Source of the DNA: a virus
Reading direction: 5' to 3' (one strand)
Length of the DNA stretch: 64,000 nt
Virus record (IMG/VR): IMGVR_UViG_3300037424_002120
Location: 31,483-95,482 of that record
The notes beneath the pieces are model-generated. The model searched no databases. It saw only the letters and a list, made by a program, of their open reading frames with translations, and had not been told where the DNA came from. Positions 26,790 to 36,629 of the stretch are shown here, piece after piece (position 1 is the first letter of the stretch; the number at the start of each line of letters is the position of its first letter). The translations under genes were made by a program, and so were the position numbers.

Positions 26790-27375
26790 AAAAAAAGGGC
26801 TTGAGCCCGCCGCAAGCTGCTGGGTTTTAACCCAGGCGGATAGGCGTCGTGGCTTGAGCCCAAAGCTTGTTAGCGTATGATTCCTCGCTTAATTTTTCTC
26901 ATACTACCCCACTTTGTGGAATATTTCAATGTTACTCATTTGAATATGCTTCGTTCTAGATAGTAGAAGATATATGCAGTATTCAAACGGTTGAAGGTAC
27001 GATCCTCTTTTCAGACGGGTAAATGGCTTTAGGAAGTAACGGTTTGTATATTGCATGCGATAAGAAACACTTCAGGAAAAGCCTCCGCCCTTGTGGGTCC
27101 GTTCCCAAGGGAGTAGCATCGAAAGATGCGGGTGTTGCTGCTCTCCAAGAGCCAAATGCGCAAGCTGTGGGCCATTCATCCCTTTGCGTAGGGCACGAGA
27201 GCAACAACGGGCAAGGCACCGCCCAGGACAGTCCCTCAAGGATGGTTGAGCCTGTTCGCGATATCACCGATCCACTACGCCCCCAATCGAGCCGTGGCTA
27301 GGCCACAATTGCTCGGGGAAGCGACTACGTCGGGGTGTCAGAAGCTGCGGGGTTTTAACCCCAGCGGAGTGTCAC
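26790..27375 (+). mobile_element. Non-autonomous IS605/TnpB-type element (586 bp) with probable right-end omega-RNA, no nuclease ORF
   Basis: Preceded by TTGAC; related hairpins AAGCTGCTGGGTTTTAACCCAG (~26814) and AAGCTGCGGGGTTTTAACCCCAGC (~27342); ends GGAGTGTCAC. Confidence 0.8.
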
Positions 27376-27620
27376 CTAGCAACGAAGTCCAGGTAGTTTG
27401 GCAGCGAGATGCAAGTGGCGTTTTGCTTTCTGCCCATCGAGTCGATGACCTCGATTTGAACGACCCCATCCTTAAACAGCAACCGTTTTACGGCATCGCT
27501 AGGATTGCCAATTCCTAAACACTTGCAGGTGTCGGCAAAAATTGGCATTGGATCGTTGCCAACCCACACAACACGAACGGGTTGACTATTGAACTGGAAA
27601 AGTTGTAATTTGTTGTCCAT
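27372..27620 (-). CDS. Bro-N domain protein, 3' end hit by the element
   Basis: FQFNSQPVRVV..DTCKCLGIGNPSDAVKRL..DSMGRKQ. Confidence 0.8.
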   Translation of the reverse strand: MDNKLQLFQFNSQPVRVVWVGNDPMPIFADTCKCLGIGNPSDAVKRLLFKDGVVQIEVIDSMGRKQNATCISLPNYLDFVAR

Positions 27621-27767
27621 AGTAGGATAACTCCTTCTTGTTGCGTATCTCCAGAGCGACTAACTTTGTTGATACGCGGCTACTAGCACCTCTTGTAAAA
27701 GAAGTGCGAACAGTTTAGAGATTGCCAGTGTTTAAGCTTCCCAGGGCATTGAGCTGGCAGTCTCTAG

Positions 27768-28007
27768 CTATGCGACCTCTTCTATTGGATCTGTCATGGC
27801 ACGATAATTCTTATCAGATACAATCAAATCCCCTGGCTCTACCTCTAGCGCTCTCGCTATCTTTTCTAGTTGCTCTAACTCAACACTTTGAGTGAAGTTA
27901 TGCCAGTAACGATAAAGCAACTGTGGCGTAACACCAGCCTTTATATGAAGCTGAGTTTGCTTCATATTTCTAGCGGATGCTACTTGCTTGATAATAAGCT
28001 TTGACAA
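27768..28007 (-). CDS. Cro/C1-type HTH regulator
   Basis: QTQLHIKAGVTPQLLYRY..LEKIARALEVEPGDLI; back-to-back TTGACA promoters at ~28069 and ~28096. Confidence 0.85.
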   Translation of the reverse strand: MSKLIIKQVASARNMKQTQLHIKAGVTPQLLYRYWHNFTQSVELEQLEKIARALEVEPGDLIVSDKNYRAMTDPIEEVA

Positions 28008-28177
28008 TTTGGCCTCCTTTTTCTGAAGAACTTCTGTCTTTATAATAACACGAGAACACATATTTGTCAACTTGCAAAACTAATAGGTTTACCTCTTGAC
28101 AACTTAACATCGTCGTGCTATACTATTTTTGTGAGCTGAGAACTGCTTGGCCACCAAGTTGAAAGGACAACACAAAA

Positions 28178-28867
28178 ATGTATATATCCGAGAAAAACAT
28201 GCAAGGTGTCCCAAAAGAGGGATTATGTTCGAGTTGTGGGAAACCATGCAAGACATCAACTGCCTCAGTGCAGTTTATCCATCAGGAATGTTATGATGAT
28301 TCATTCCGTAAGGATATGCGGAATTCCATTCTGAGAGGCATAGCAATTTTCAATAAATATGCCCCGAATTGGAGAGAGAAAGTTCGTCCGTGTCTTCCAT
28401 GTCGTCCCCTATATTTCATTTCCTGTATATTCGGTGGATCAGATGAAGCAAGGAAATCGATCCCTGAGTTGGCCCGTGCATGCAGCGCGGGAAGAAGAAG
28501 TATGCGTGGAAGAGGAGAGACCCTCGCCCAGGAGTCTTTCTTTAGTGAGATGGGACTCATCCTCTATGAAGATGATCTCGATCAATCTGATCTCCTAAGA
28601 GAAATGTGGCAGGAGGCCATCGAAGATCCAAATCTTGAAAAAGTTCTTCCTCCGCCTCATCGCGGTCATTTTGTCAAAGGCCAAAGAGGAGATGCGGTTT
28701 GTTTTTGGTACGGAAATCTCATCGGTATTCCCGATAAACGGGGACCACAACCAAAAGACGGGGAATGCTGGGAGATACTCGACGAAAATTTGTCAGGAAG
28801 AGTGTTCTTCCTCAAGATTGGGAAGAAAATTGAGAAAGAACAGGATATCTGGCGTCATTGGATGTAG
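28178..28867 (+). CDS. Hypothetical protein with N-terminal Zn finger
   Basis: CSSCGKPC..HQEC; RBS GAAAGGA. Confidence 0.6.
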   Translation: MYISEKNMQGVPKEGLCSSCGKPCKTSTASVQFIHQECYDDSFRKDMRNSILRGIAIFNKYAPNWREKVRPCLPCRPLYFISCIFGGSDEARKSIPELARACSAGRRSMRGRGETLAQESFFSEMGLILYEDDLDQSDLLREMWQEAIEDPNLEKVLPPPHRGHFVKGQRGDAVCFWYGNLIGIPDKRGPQPKDGECWEILDENLSGRVFFLKIGKKIEKEQDIWRHWM

Positions 28868-28946
28868 TCTCTCGTTTGGTTTCATCTCGGGTGCGACGGG
28901 ATGATACGAGTCGAGTGGCTCGATTAGTTGAAGAAAGAAGGTACAA

Positions 28947-29219
28947 ATGTTCTATATTGTCTCAATTAGTTGGTGGGCAGCATCTAGGTCGGACGATAGA
29001 GTAAGTGTATATTTGGAGAGTGCATCCTCTCCAGAGGACGCACAAAGACAATCAAAGCAAAGATTGTCCTTCATCAAAAATCCTTTCGAGAAACCCCTCG
29101 CTTTAGCCATGGGGTATCTGACCGCAGATGCTGAGTTTTCAGTGGATGATCACATCTTCGATATTGCGTCCAAATCTGTCCAAGCATCCAATGTTGGTCT
29201 TGTCTACGGGATCGAGTAG
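28947..29219 (+). CDS. Hypothetical protein
   Basis: RBS AGAAGGT. Confidence 0.55.
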   Translation: MFYIVSISWWAASRSDDRVSVYLESASSPEDAQRQSKQRLSFIKNPFEKPLALAMGYLTADAEFSVDDHIFDIASKSVQASNVGLVYGIE

Positions 29220-29238
29220 ACAAGAAAGAGGTAAAACA

Positions 29239-29433
29239 ATGATCAGCTACAATGACAGGATTATCCTGGATAATCGGTTTGCTTACTATCTGGATGCAGA
29301 AGGCGTTATCTTCTGCTACGAATGTGGATATGATCAAGCTGAGCAGCTTGATCGAATCGAGAACAATGCTGGTCCACAACCGATAAAATGCTCTATATGT
29401 GGATATGATGTTCCACATGTAGATCGTCATTAA
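29239..29433 (+). CDS. Small Zn-ribbon protein
   Basis: CYECG, CSICG; terminator ~29446-29487. Confidence 0.6.
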   Translation: MISYNDRIILDNRFAYYLDAEGVIFCYECGYDQAEQLDRIENNAGPQPIKCSICGYDVPHVDRH

Positions 29434-29501
29434 GAAAATAGTGATACAAAGACAGGATAGCACCAAAAACGCTATCCTGTCTTTGTGTGTATCTCACACG
29501 C

Positions 29502-29951
29502 TTAATCCTCTTTTAGCATGCTTTTATGCTTGTGGTATGCTAAAACGACCTCGTCAGGTGTACCGCACATCGATAATCTCCACATATCGATTTCAAGCTC
29601 TTCTGTGAACTCATATGCAGTCTTATGCGTTTTTGTGCATATATTACGATAATCTTTGCTTTCGAATATCTCTCTAAGTAAATGCAGCCATATGTATGTT
29701 TGTGCATATGATGGCGGCTTTTCACCAATAATAACGCGTGAAATGCCAGACTGATCAATAGTTCCTGCTTCACTTTCAGAAAGCATATATCCATTAGACA
29801 CTAAATATCTACGATATGCCGCCGCTTTCCTTCCTAGCCTGTTTTGACTTATGTTCGCCTCTTCACAAAGTAAGCTCAGCAATAATCCAAACAATCTCTG
29901 AGCGTATATACGAAAAATCTCGGCTTTCTCGTGTGAAGGATCTCTTGACAT
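29502..29951 (-). CDS. XRE-like HTH protein with insertion
   Basis: FGLLL..CEEANISQNRLG...DQSGISRVIIGEKPPS. Confidence 0.6.
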   Translation of the reverse strand: MSRDPSHEKAEIFRIYAQRLFGLLLSLLCEEANISQNRLGRKAAAYRRYLVSNGYMLSESEAGTIDQSGISRVIIGEKPPSYAQTYIWLHLLREIFESKDYRNICTKTHKTAYEFTEELEIDMWRLSMCGTPDEVVLAYHKHKSMLKED

Positions 29952-30293
29952 CCTTTTCTCCCAACATACTATATCTGCACGAACAATATAAAAATGCTTG
30001 ACAAACTGATCAACAAAGAGTAGAGTTATGCTAGATCAGCATAAGTTTAGCGTCTGGTAATTCTAATTGAGACAGATTACACTCTAACCTGTACAGAATT
30101 GCCAAAGGTTGCCATGCTTATTGCAGTATAACATTTATTTTATTTGTCGAACACATGGCCAATGAGTGAAATATGGCTCAATATGCCATGCAAGTTGAAT
30201 ATATTCGTGTATTGGCATAAAAAATACCACCAATATGCGAAAGATTACCACTAAAGTGGTAGAGGTTTAACGTCAACTTAGTGCTTTGCATAG

Positions 30294-30521
30294 TTGAACG
30301 AGGTTCATTTAATGCAGCAACACAATCAAAGCGAGATAGCGCGATTGAAGCAGGAGATTGAAGAAGCATATTTTTCTGCTCAATCGGCTATGGGTGGTGT
30401 TTCCATTGTAGCTAGTCATGCTTTCATCACAAAGCGCATGGAGAGCATGTGTGACTCAGCAGCAAAACTCAGGATGATAGCGGGAGATGAGGTGATGAGA
30501 CAAGTTTTGATGGGCTTATAG
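30294..30521 (+). CDS. Hypothetical helical protein
   Basis: SEIARLKQEIE...ASHAFITKRME. Confidence 0.55.
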   Translation: MNEVHLMQQHNQSEIARLKQEIEEAYFSAQSAMGGVSIVASHAFITKRMESMCDSAAKLRMIAGDEVMRQVLMGL

Positions 30522-30692
30522 TTGAGCAGAGAATTGCGCAAATGTTATCTATTTTTCATTTGCGCAAGGTTGCAAAATCTAAACCAATAGATGCACACTG
30601 AAAAATGAATAACGGACGGGGCGGATGAAGTTCATCCTGGTATAAGCACTGCAATTTAGTTATGATTAGCTGAAATACACATAGGGCTTTTC

Positions 30693-30908
30693 ATGCTAAA
30701 GAGGCTCTTCGGCCTAAGACTCAAGCAGATCCGTGAGATGCGTGGTATGACACAGGATGAATTAGCAGAGTCTTTGGGAGTGTCAGATGCCAGAACAATC
30801 CGTTTTTGGGAGTCAGGCAAAAACTCTCCAAATATAGCAAAGCTTGAGCCGCTAGCAAAGGTCCTGGATGTAAAGGTAGCAGATTTCTTCAAAGATCTCG
30901 AGGTCTGA
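30693..30908 (+). CDS. XRE family HTH regulator
   Basis: LKQIREMRGMTQDELAESLGVS..TIRFWESGKNSP. Confidence 0.92.
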   Translation: MLKRLFGLRLKQIREMRGMTQDELAESLGVSDARTIRFWESGKNSPNIAKLEPLAKVLDVKVADFFKDLEV

Positions 30909-31574
30909 CCTGCCAGAGCAGTGGGATGAATAACTGGCAGATCAGTAAGACGCGTTTCAAGAAAAATGGAGTCGCGTCACTATTAGAAACGCATTAGCCG
31001 TCCGTTATTAACAACAGACGGCATTTTCGCGTGGTTTAAATTTCGAATCATTCCTCCTCAAATATCCACCAAATCACAACCTCACAGGATAGGCATAACG
31101 AGCAATATTCGGTACACAATTATATATATAATTGCCAGATTTAACGCAAGTCTCATCACCACGATTATATTTTCATAGCAGAAAATGAGGTGTCCCGAAA
31201 TTGAGAAACAGCGTCCTTCCAGCTAGTCGATTATTTCTTCAGTAATCGACTAAAACATTCTACATCAGATCCTCAGTATCTCATTGCCAAAAACAGGCAT
31301 GTGCAAAACGAATATACATGTATGTGCATTTCTTGCATACGCACATACGCACATGTGGTACTAGCGAGATTAGGTAATCTACACGCAACGTGTCTAGAAC
31401 ACCTATACTTGAACCTCACAAACCGGCTTCTGCGTACGTCTAACAGGTACCTACGGATATTTCTGTAGAGAAATTTCCTGAGAGACAACTCGCATTTTTT
31501 TAGGCACAATTGATTCTACCGACTCATTCTCAAATCCCCCGATGGGTCGGCATTACAGAGAGGCGATACCTGCA

Positions 31575-31811
31575 ATGGAAACAATTCAAACGGTAAATTT
31601 GCCAGAATTTACACAACGTGAATTAGATGTTGTATACCTCATTGCACATCTATATACTCGCCAGCAAACAGCAGACAAACTTGGCATATCCTACAGGACA
31701 GTAGACACTTATATGCACAGTATTTTTAAAAAGATAGGTATACACCGACAGGTCGATCTTATAGCGTTTGCACAAGTGAACGGCTTACAAAAGAATACAG
31801 AGGTACAGTGA
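31575..31811 (+). CDS. Solo LuxR/GerE-type HTH
   Basis: FTQRELDVV...ADKLGISYRTVDTYMHSIFKKIG. Confidence 0.88.
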   Translation: METIQTVNLPEFTQRELDVVYLIAHLYTRQQTADKLGISYRTVDTYMHSIFKKIGIHRQVDLIAFAQVNGLQKNTEVQ

Positions 31812-32149
31812 TGGATAGAAAGACAATACACAAGTTTTTGCCATACGTAACGAATACAGATGCACGGAGCATCTACAGAGCGCTTGAAAAGCATTTCAAG
31901 GCCGGTATCGCCTGCAAGCAGTGCTCAAGTTACGATCGGTACGGTCTCATGTTGATAGAAGGAGATCATACCAGCATCTACAATCACCTTGAGGATATCG
32001 TGAATGAAGGCAGAAAAAACATAATTGAGCATTTTGAGTGGTCACTTGGGCAGGTGACTGACTCGGGACTGATCAAAATTACTCCACGTGATGAACGACT
32101 CTATGAGGTCATTTTCACTCAATTAGCGCCGAAAGAGGTGCTAGCGTGA
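31808..32149 (+). CDS. Hypothetical protein
   Basis: Coupled by GTGA overlaps. Confidence 0.6.
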   Translation: MMDRKTIHKFLPYVTNTDARSIYRALEKHFKAGIACKQCSSYDRYGLMLIEGDHTSIYNHLEDIVNEGRKNIIEHFEWSLGQVTDSGLIKITPRDERLYEVIFTQLAPKEVLA

Positions 32150-32595
32150 ATGATTTGTATTACGAGCCTGCAATTGCCAAATTTAAATTGCCACTGCCTC
32201 CTACCTCCAATCATTCGTACACACCAGCGGTGGTAGGAGGAAACTCAACAATCATATCTAAGAAGGAGCACAAGCAGTACAAACAAGATGCTGCCATTTT
32301 GCTCAACAATCAGCATCAATTAATGAATAATACAGATAGAAATGCGTATGAACGCATTATACGACAGATAAAAAAAGACAACGTGTTCATCTTTATCGAC
32401 GTATTATTCTTCTTAGAGAATATATTGCAGCGTGATGAAGATGGAGGATTGAAAGCTATTCAAGATGTGGTATGTGATCACATAGGTATTAATGATAAAT
32501 ACGTCATTGATGCCCATCCAGGTAAACGTCAAGCTCATGGCAATCCACGTTGTGAAATTGCCGTCTATATCGCAAATCAGGAGAACGCATTATGA
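32146..32595 (+). CDS. rusA: RusA-like Holliday junction resolvase
   Basis: LPLPPTSNH...RDEDGGLKAIQD...GINDKYV. Confidence 0.75.
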   Translation: MNDLYYEPAIAKFKLPLPPTSNHSYTPAVVGGNSTIISKKEHKQYKQDAAILLNNQHQLMNNTDRNAYERIIRQIKKDNVFIFIDVLFFLENILQRDEDGGLKAIQDVVCDHIGINDKYVIDAHPGKRQAHGNPRCEIAVYIANQENAL

Positions 32596-32990
32596 GAAGA
32601 GTATTTAAGCGAGTCGCCAAGTTTGCGCCTGTAAAAAAGAATGCAGGATACCGCATATCATCATTAAGATCATTTAAGCAATTTAAGCTTGACAAACGAG
32701 TTTTTCAAGAAATTGACACCTGCTCGTTCATCAGACCTTATGTTGTTGGTGAAACTGACGGATTTGAGTTGCCAGAGGACATTGATCTGATTAAGATTAA
32801 ATGGACATATGTACTAAACCCTGGAGATTTAGACCATATCAATAAGCATATGGCACCATTAACCACACATCTTGGAGCTATCATATTTGATATGGTAGAA
32901 GGTGAAAGAGTACATGCTAGAGTGCTCTTGACTCAAGAGCAGATGGAAACTGTACGCGACTCGGCAAAAGAACAGGCCCACCGCCGATGA
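32592..32990 (+). CDS. Hypothetical protein
   Basis: ATGA-coupled ORF. Confidence 0.55.
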   Translation: MRRVFKRVAKFAPVKKNAGYRISSLRSFKQFKLDKRVFQEIDTCSFIRPYVVGETDGFELPEDIDLIKIKWTYVLNPGDLDHINKHMAPLTTHLGAIIFDMVEGERVHARVLLTQEQMETVRDSAKEQAHRR

Positions 32991-33355
32991 AATTTTCGAT
33001 CAAATGTCCCCATTGCAACGCCACGATCAGGCTAGAGCCGCCTTGGATGCGACCTGTCTACTCGTGTCATTGCAGGCCCAGTGACACGGTGCTGGCCTTC
33101 TCGTTGCGACTGGCGACTACCCAGACTCCGAAGTGTTTAGCACCCATGGAAGACGACGCACTAACACCAGAAATCATTGCACGGATGTACTACTACCTTC
33201 GAGAAGTGCGAATAAAACACGCAGGTACCTGCAACTTGTGCAGAATTGTTGCTGAACAAGGTTTAGTTTGTCCCGATTTAGAAGCATTGCGAGATGCATG
33301 CAATAAGTGGTTATCGCTAAAAATGGCATATCCAGAGGAGAGAAGGAAAAGATGA
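32987..33355 (+). CDS. Cys-rich hypothetical protein
   Basis: CPHC, H..TCNLC. Confidence 0.55.
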   Translation: MKFSIKCPHCNATIRLEPPWMRPVYSCHCRPSDTVLAFSLRLATTQTPKCLAPMEDDALTPEIIARMYYYLREVRIKHAGTCNLCRIVAEQGLVCPDLEALRDACNKWLSLKMAYPEERRKR

Positions 33356-33585
33356 GCGGATCAGTGCGAAACGATAATAAACAACTCACAGACAAATTGC
33401 GTGAATATCTACATTACATTGCAAAGGGCATGGATGAGAAGGAGATGGCTTACAGATTGAATGTGAGCCAATCAGCTATTTACAATCGTTTGACGAGAAT
33501 AATGGACATCACAGGACTATCAACGCGTGATGAAGTTATTCGATATGCAAAGGAGCAGCATTGTGAACAAAGAATTGACGGATAA
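33352..33585 (+). CDS. Solo LuxR-type HTH
   Basis: LTDKLREYLHYIAKGMDEKEMAYRLNVSQSAI. Confidence 0.8.
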   Translation: MSGSVRNDNKQLTDKLREYLHYIAKGMDEKEMAYRLNVSQSAIYNRLTRIMDITGLSTRDEVIRYAKEQHCEQRIDG

Positions 33586-33775
33586 GCAAAAACTGTATAT
33601 GCATTGCTTAGCATTAGGCTTTAGCAATAAGCAGATAGCAGGCGAAATGAGTATAACAGTTGACAGTGTAGTTAACAACTACCAAGAAAGAATGTTGTCA
33701 AAAACATACCTATCAACAAGAACAGAACTTGTAGAGTACGCCAAACAAAACGGTTATGGAGAGAGAAATGGATAA
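33563..33775 (+). CDS. Solo LuxR-type HTH
   Basis: LTDKQK..LALGFSNKQIAGEMSITVDSV..TRTELVEYA. Confidence 0.8.
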   Translation: MNKELTDKQKLYMHCLALGFSNKQIAGEMSITVDSVVNNYQERMLSKTYLSTRTELVEYAKQNGYGERNG

Positions 33776-34406
33776 CGAAGAAGTAACAGTTGAGTCCCTC
33801 ACATACGAACAATTCTTGCAGGAAATGAGCCATCCTGGTTCGGTGCAAGGTACCCCAGCTGGCACGGCGTTTGTCATTAAAAAGCGAGAGCCAATACCTG
33901 GGACCGAGCTGCTCAAAAAACGTGTGCGTGTGAGCTTCGACTTTGATGTCATCGTCAACGATGGTCCTATCATTAACTCAGGCAACGATGAGGACATCAA
34001 GACCCATGACCTCGCACTATTGCAGCAATTCCTGGTGGCAGACAAGGACAAGCTCCTAGAGATGCTGGCATATGAAGCCGGTCTTGAGTTAGGCCTCAAT
34101 AGCTGTGAAACATTTGTCGAGACGTTTCTACCACAAATTGAATATAGCAACGATGGAATGGATCAATATATCTTCGGATCAGCTATCGCACAACTGCAAG
34201 GACCATCAGGAGAGTACTGGACAGACATAGAAGCGGATACGTACGCAGCTCATCCTGATTTGCTCGGCCTCTGCACCGAAACGCTTTTCGAATGCTTCAA
34301 AGCTGAATTCGTGAGTAGCTTCTTCGAGCTTGTGCCTGGTAAGCGAGAACGTCTCAAAGCTTTGGCAGACATGCTTGAGCTAAGTCAGGAAACTGGAACA
34401 TATTAG
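33756..34406 (+). CDS. Hypothetical acidic protein
   Basis: 216-aa ORF in operon. Confidence 0.6.
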   Translation: MEREMDNEEVTVESLTYEQFLQEMSHPGSVQGTPAGTAFVIKKREPIPGTELLKKRVRVSFDFDVIVNDGPIINSGNDEDIKTHDLALLQQFLVADKDKLLEMLAYEAGLELGLNSCETFVETFLPQIEYSNDGMDQYIFGSAIAQLQGPSGEYWTDIEADTYAAHPDLLGLCTETLFECFKAEFVSSFFELVPGKRERLKALADMLELSQETGTY

Positions 34407-34415
34407 GAGAAGATA

Positions 34416-34811
34416 ATGCCATACGTTAGAGTCAAATGTGATGAACACAATTGCATGAGTGAATGGGAGTATCCGTGCTCTCTATGTGCAAACGAGGTAT
34501 GTGAGAAGCATTCACATGTTGCAGTATGTACAGACGAAAGATGTACATACGTATGCAATGCTTGCTACCAGCTATGCATGGAAGCATATAAACTAAAGCC
34601 ACATCAAGAGATAACGACAAAGGAGCAATATTTATCAGGTATTCAAGGCATGGTCAACATACTTAAAGACTTAGCAGCGTACTCGAAAGAGCATCCCGAG
34701 ACGAACAAAGGTTTGCTTGTTATCGCGCACGGCTTGCGGCACGAGGCCAATGTTATCATCGACACACTCACAAAACAAATAAGACAAACAACAGAAAACA
34801 CAGGAGAATAA
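34416..34811 (+). CDS. Zn-finger protein
   Basis: CDEHNC..CSLCANEVCEKH..CNAC. Confidence 0.65.
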   Translation: MPYVRVKCDEHNCMSEWEYPCSLCANEVCEKHSHVAVCTDERCTYVCNACYQLCMEAYKLKPHQEITTKEQYLSGIQGMVNILKDLAAYSKEHPETNKGLLVIAHGLRHEANVIIDTLTKQIRQTTENTGE

Positions 34812-34815
34812 CAGC

Positions 34816-35136
34816 ATGGACAATGTTACACAAGAGAACATTCAACAACTTGAAGTGAGGCTTGATATTGTTGAGGCACGTCAGGAGCGTATTGAAGCGA
34901 GGCTTGATGCTATTGAGGCGCGACTCGATAGGCTAGAGAAGCTCTATGGCGTTAATAGTGCCCCACATAACACCATGGTCATTTATTGGTCTGAAAAGGA
35001 TCAATGCTACTTTGTGCGCGTCCCAGACTTGAGGGATCACATTGCAAACTGGAATGCACTCGCATTCGGTTACAGCTATGAAGAAGCTGCACAAAACGGC
35101 TCTAAGTCCATTGAATTAGCAAAGCTGATAATATAG
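34816..35136 (+). CDS. Coiled coil + HicB-like domain
   Basis: Heptads RLDAIEARLDRLE; IYWSEKDQCYFVRVPDL..AFGYSYEEAAQN. Confidence 0.7.
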   Translation: MDNVTQENIQQLEVRLDIVEARQERIEARLDAIEARLDRLEKLYGVNSAPHNTMVIYWSEKDQCYFVRVPDLRDHIANWNALAFGYSYEEAAQNGSKSIELAKLII

Positions 35137-35421
35137 CAACACAAGTATTAGGAGAATAACAGCATGGCAGTCGATATTGAAACCAGCAAATTCAACGATG
35201 TCGTTTACATTTGGCCTAAGATGCAAACACAAGAGTTTGCTGAATTAGTAGCTGACATCAAAACGAGGAGTAATCAAAATGCGCAAGAGACTCAAGAACA
35301 AGAAACGTTCATGCAAGATGTGTAAACCATACAAAATGGGATGGGATATCCGATGGAAAGCAAAAGAGCATGACGCTTTGAAACGCTTTGAGAAAGAGCA
35401 ATACAGAGAAGAGGATACAGC

Positions 35422-35628
35422 ATGCTAGAGAAGCGAAAACGGTCACGGCTTGAAATATCCCAGAGCACCTATGCTGCACTGAAAAGCGTGGCAAACGACA
35501 GGCGTCAATCAATGGCTAATGCGCTTCATGACGCTGTAGAGCTGTTAGAGAGGCATCAAGAGGTGCAAACACAAGGCGGTAAAATCATTAGTATTGGCAA
35601 AGGAGCAGTGGAATGGACGCAAGGCTAG
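35422..35628 (+). CDS. Ribbon-helix-helix-like protein
   Basis: RSRLEISQSTYAALKSVA..SMANALHDAVELL. Confidence 0.65.
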   Translation: MLEKRKRSRLEISQSTYAALKSVANDRRQSMANALHDAVELLERHQEVQTQGGKIISIGKGAVEWTQG

Positions 35629-35812
35629 AGATAATCGATATCCTTAGAATAGGTATTCAACATGAGATGGAAGCAGTTCTCAGGATTAACGGGATATCGA
35701 TGGAAGAGTATCAAGCTGTAACACAAAATTACCTGCTACTTCAGATGCTTGACACTCTTGAGCGCATGGACAAGACGTTAAATCTAATAGCAGTGTACAC
35801 GAGTACAAAAAT

Positions 35813-36088
35813 ATGTATAGGATAAAACCGCTATCACAGCAAGAAACCAGAGTATTACAGTTTCTTGCGCAAGGACTCAATGATGTTGAAATAGCTGAAA
35901 TATTGCATATCAGAAGGCGCACAGTTTGCAACTATGTAGAACATGCTAAACACAAGACAGGCATTCACAGCCGCATACTACTTGCATTCTATGCATACAG
36001 CAAAGGCTATGTCACGAATTATGAGATAAAAGAGGCGATACAGCGAGAGAGGCAGAAAAGGCGAGATGAGATGCTACGGAATGCCTGA
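35813..36088 (+). CDS. Solo LuxR-type HTH
   Basis: LSQQETRVLQFLAQGLNDVEIAEILHIRRRTV. Confidence 0.9.
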   Translation: MYRIKPLSQQETRVLQFLAQGLNDVEIAEILHIRRRTVCNYVEHAKHKTGIHSRILLAFYAYSKGYVTNYEIKEAIQRERQKRRDEMLRNA

Positions 36089-36629
36089 AAGAGAGTCATG
36101 GCTATACTCTTCAAGATTTACCGGAGCAGGGTACCGTACACCTGCAAGACGTTGGTGGAAGCGTTACCTGCACAAGTGTGCACGACAACTGGCAAAGAGA
36201 AACATAGCACAGGAGCGATTGATATGATAGCCGAAACGTGGTGCAAAACATGTGGACAAGCAATAGCCACAATTGTCATGCAAACAGGTGATGCACTTTC
36301 TGACACGTCGATCACCATTGAGCTGAAACACACGCATTTAAAGTGTAAAAGGTGCATACGCAATGGAGTGACACTTTAAATAATAGAAGGCAGTTTAGGT
36401 AGAGGTAATGCAATATGAGCAAAGATAGCGTGTTTTCATCGTTTTGGCGAAAAGAATTAGATGAAGTTGAGATACATGTAAGCCTTGTGTGGGACAAGAC
36501 AAAGAGCGTTACAATACGTACGTGGTTCATGCAAGGCGAGCAAGCAACGGAAGATCAAGCAATTGGCGAATTGTGGAGACAATATTCACAAGAGATTATA
36601 GCGCATATTAGAGAGAAAGGAGCAGGAAA

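Noticed and set aside
26983-27518. ORFs within the IS605-type element (92, 94, 90 aa)
   Set aside because: No RuvC, Zn-finger or HUH motifs; likely chance ORFs over structured RNA.
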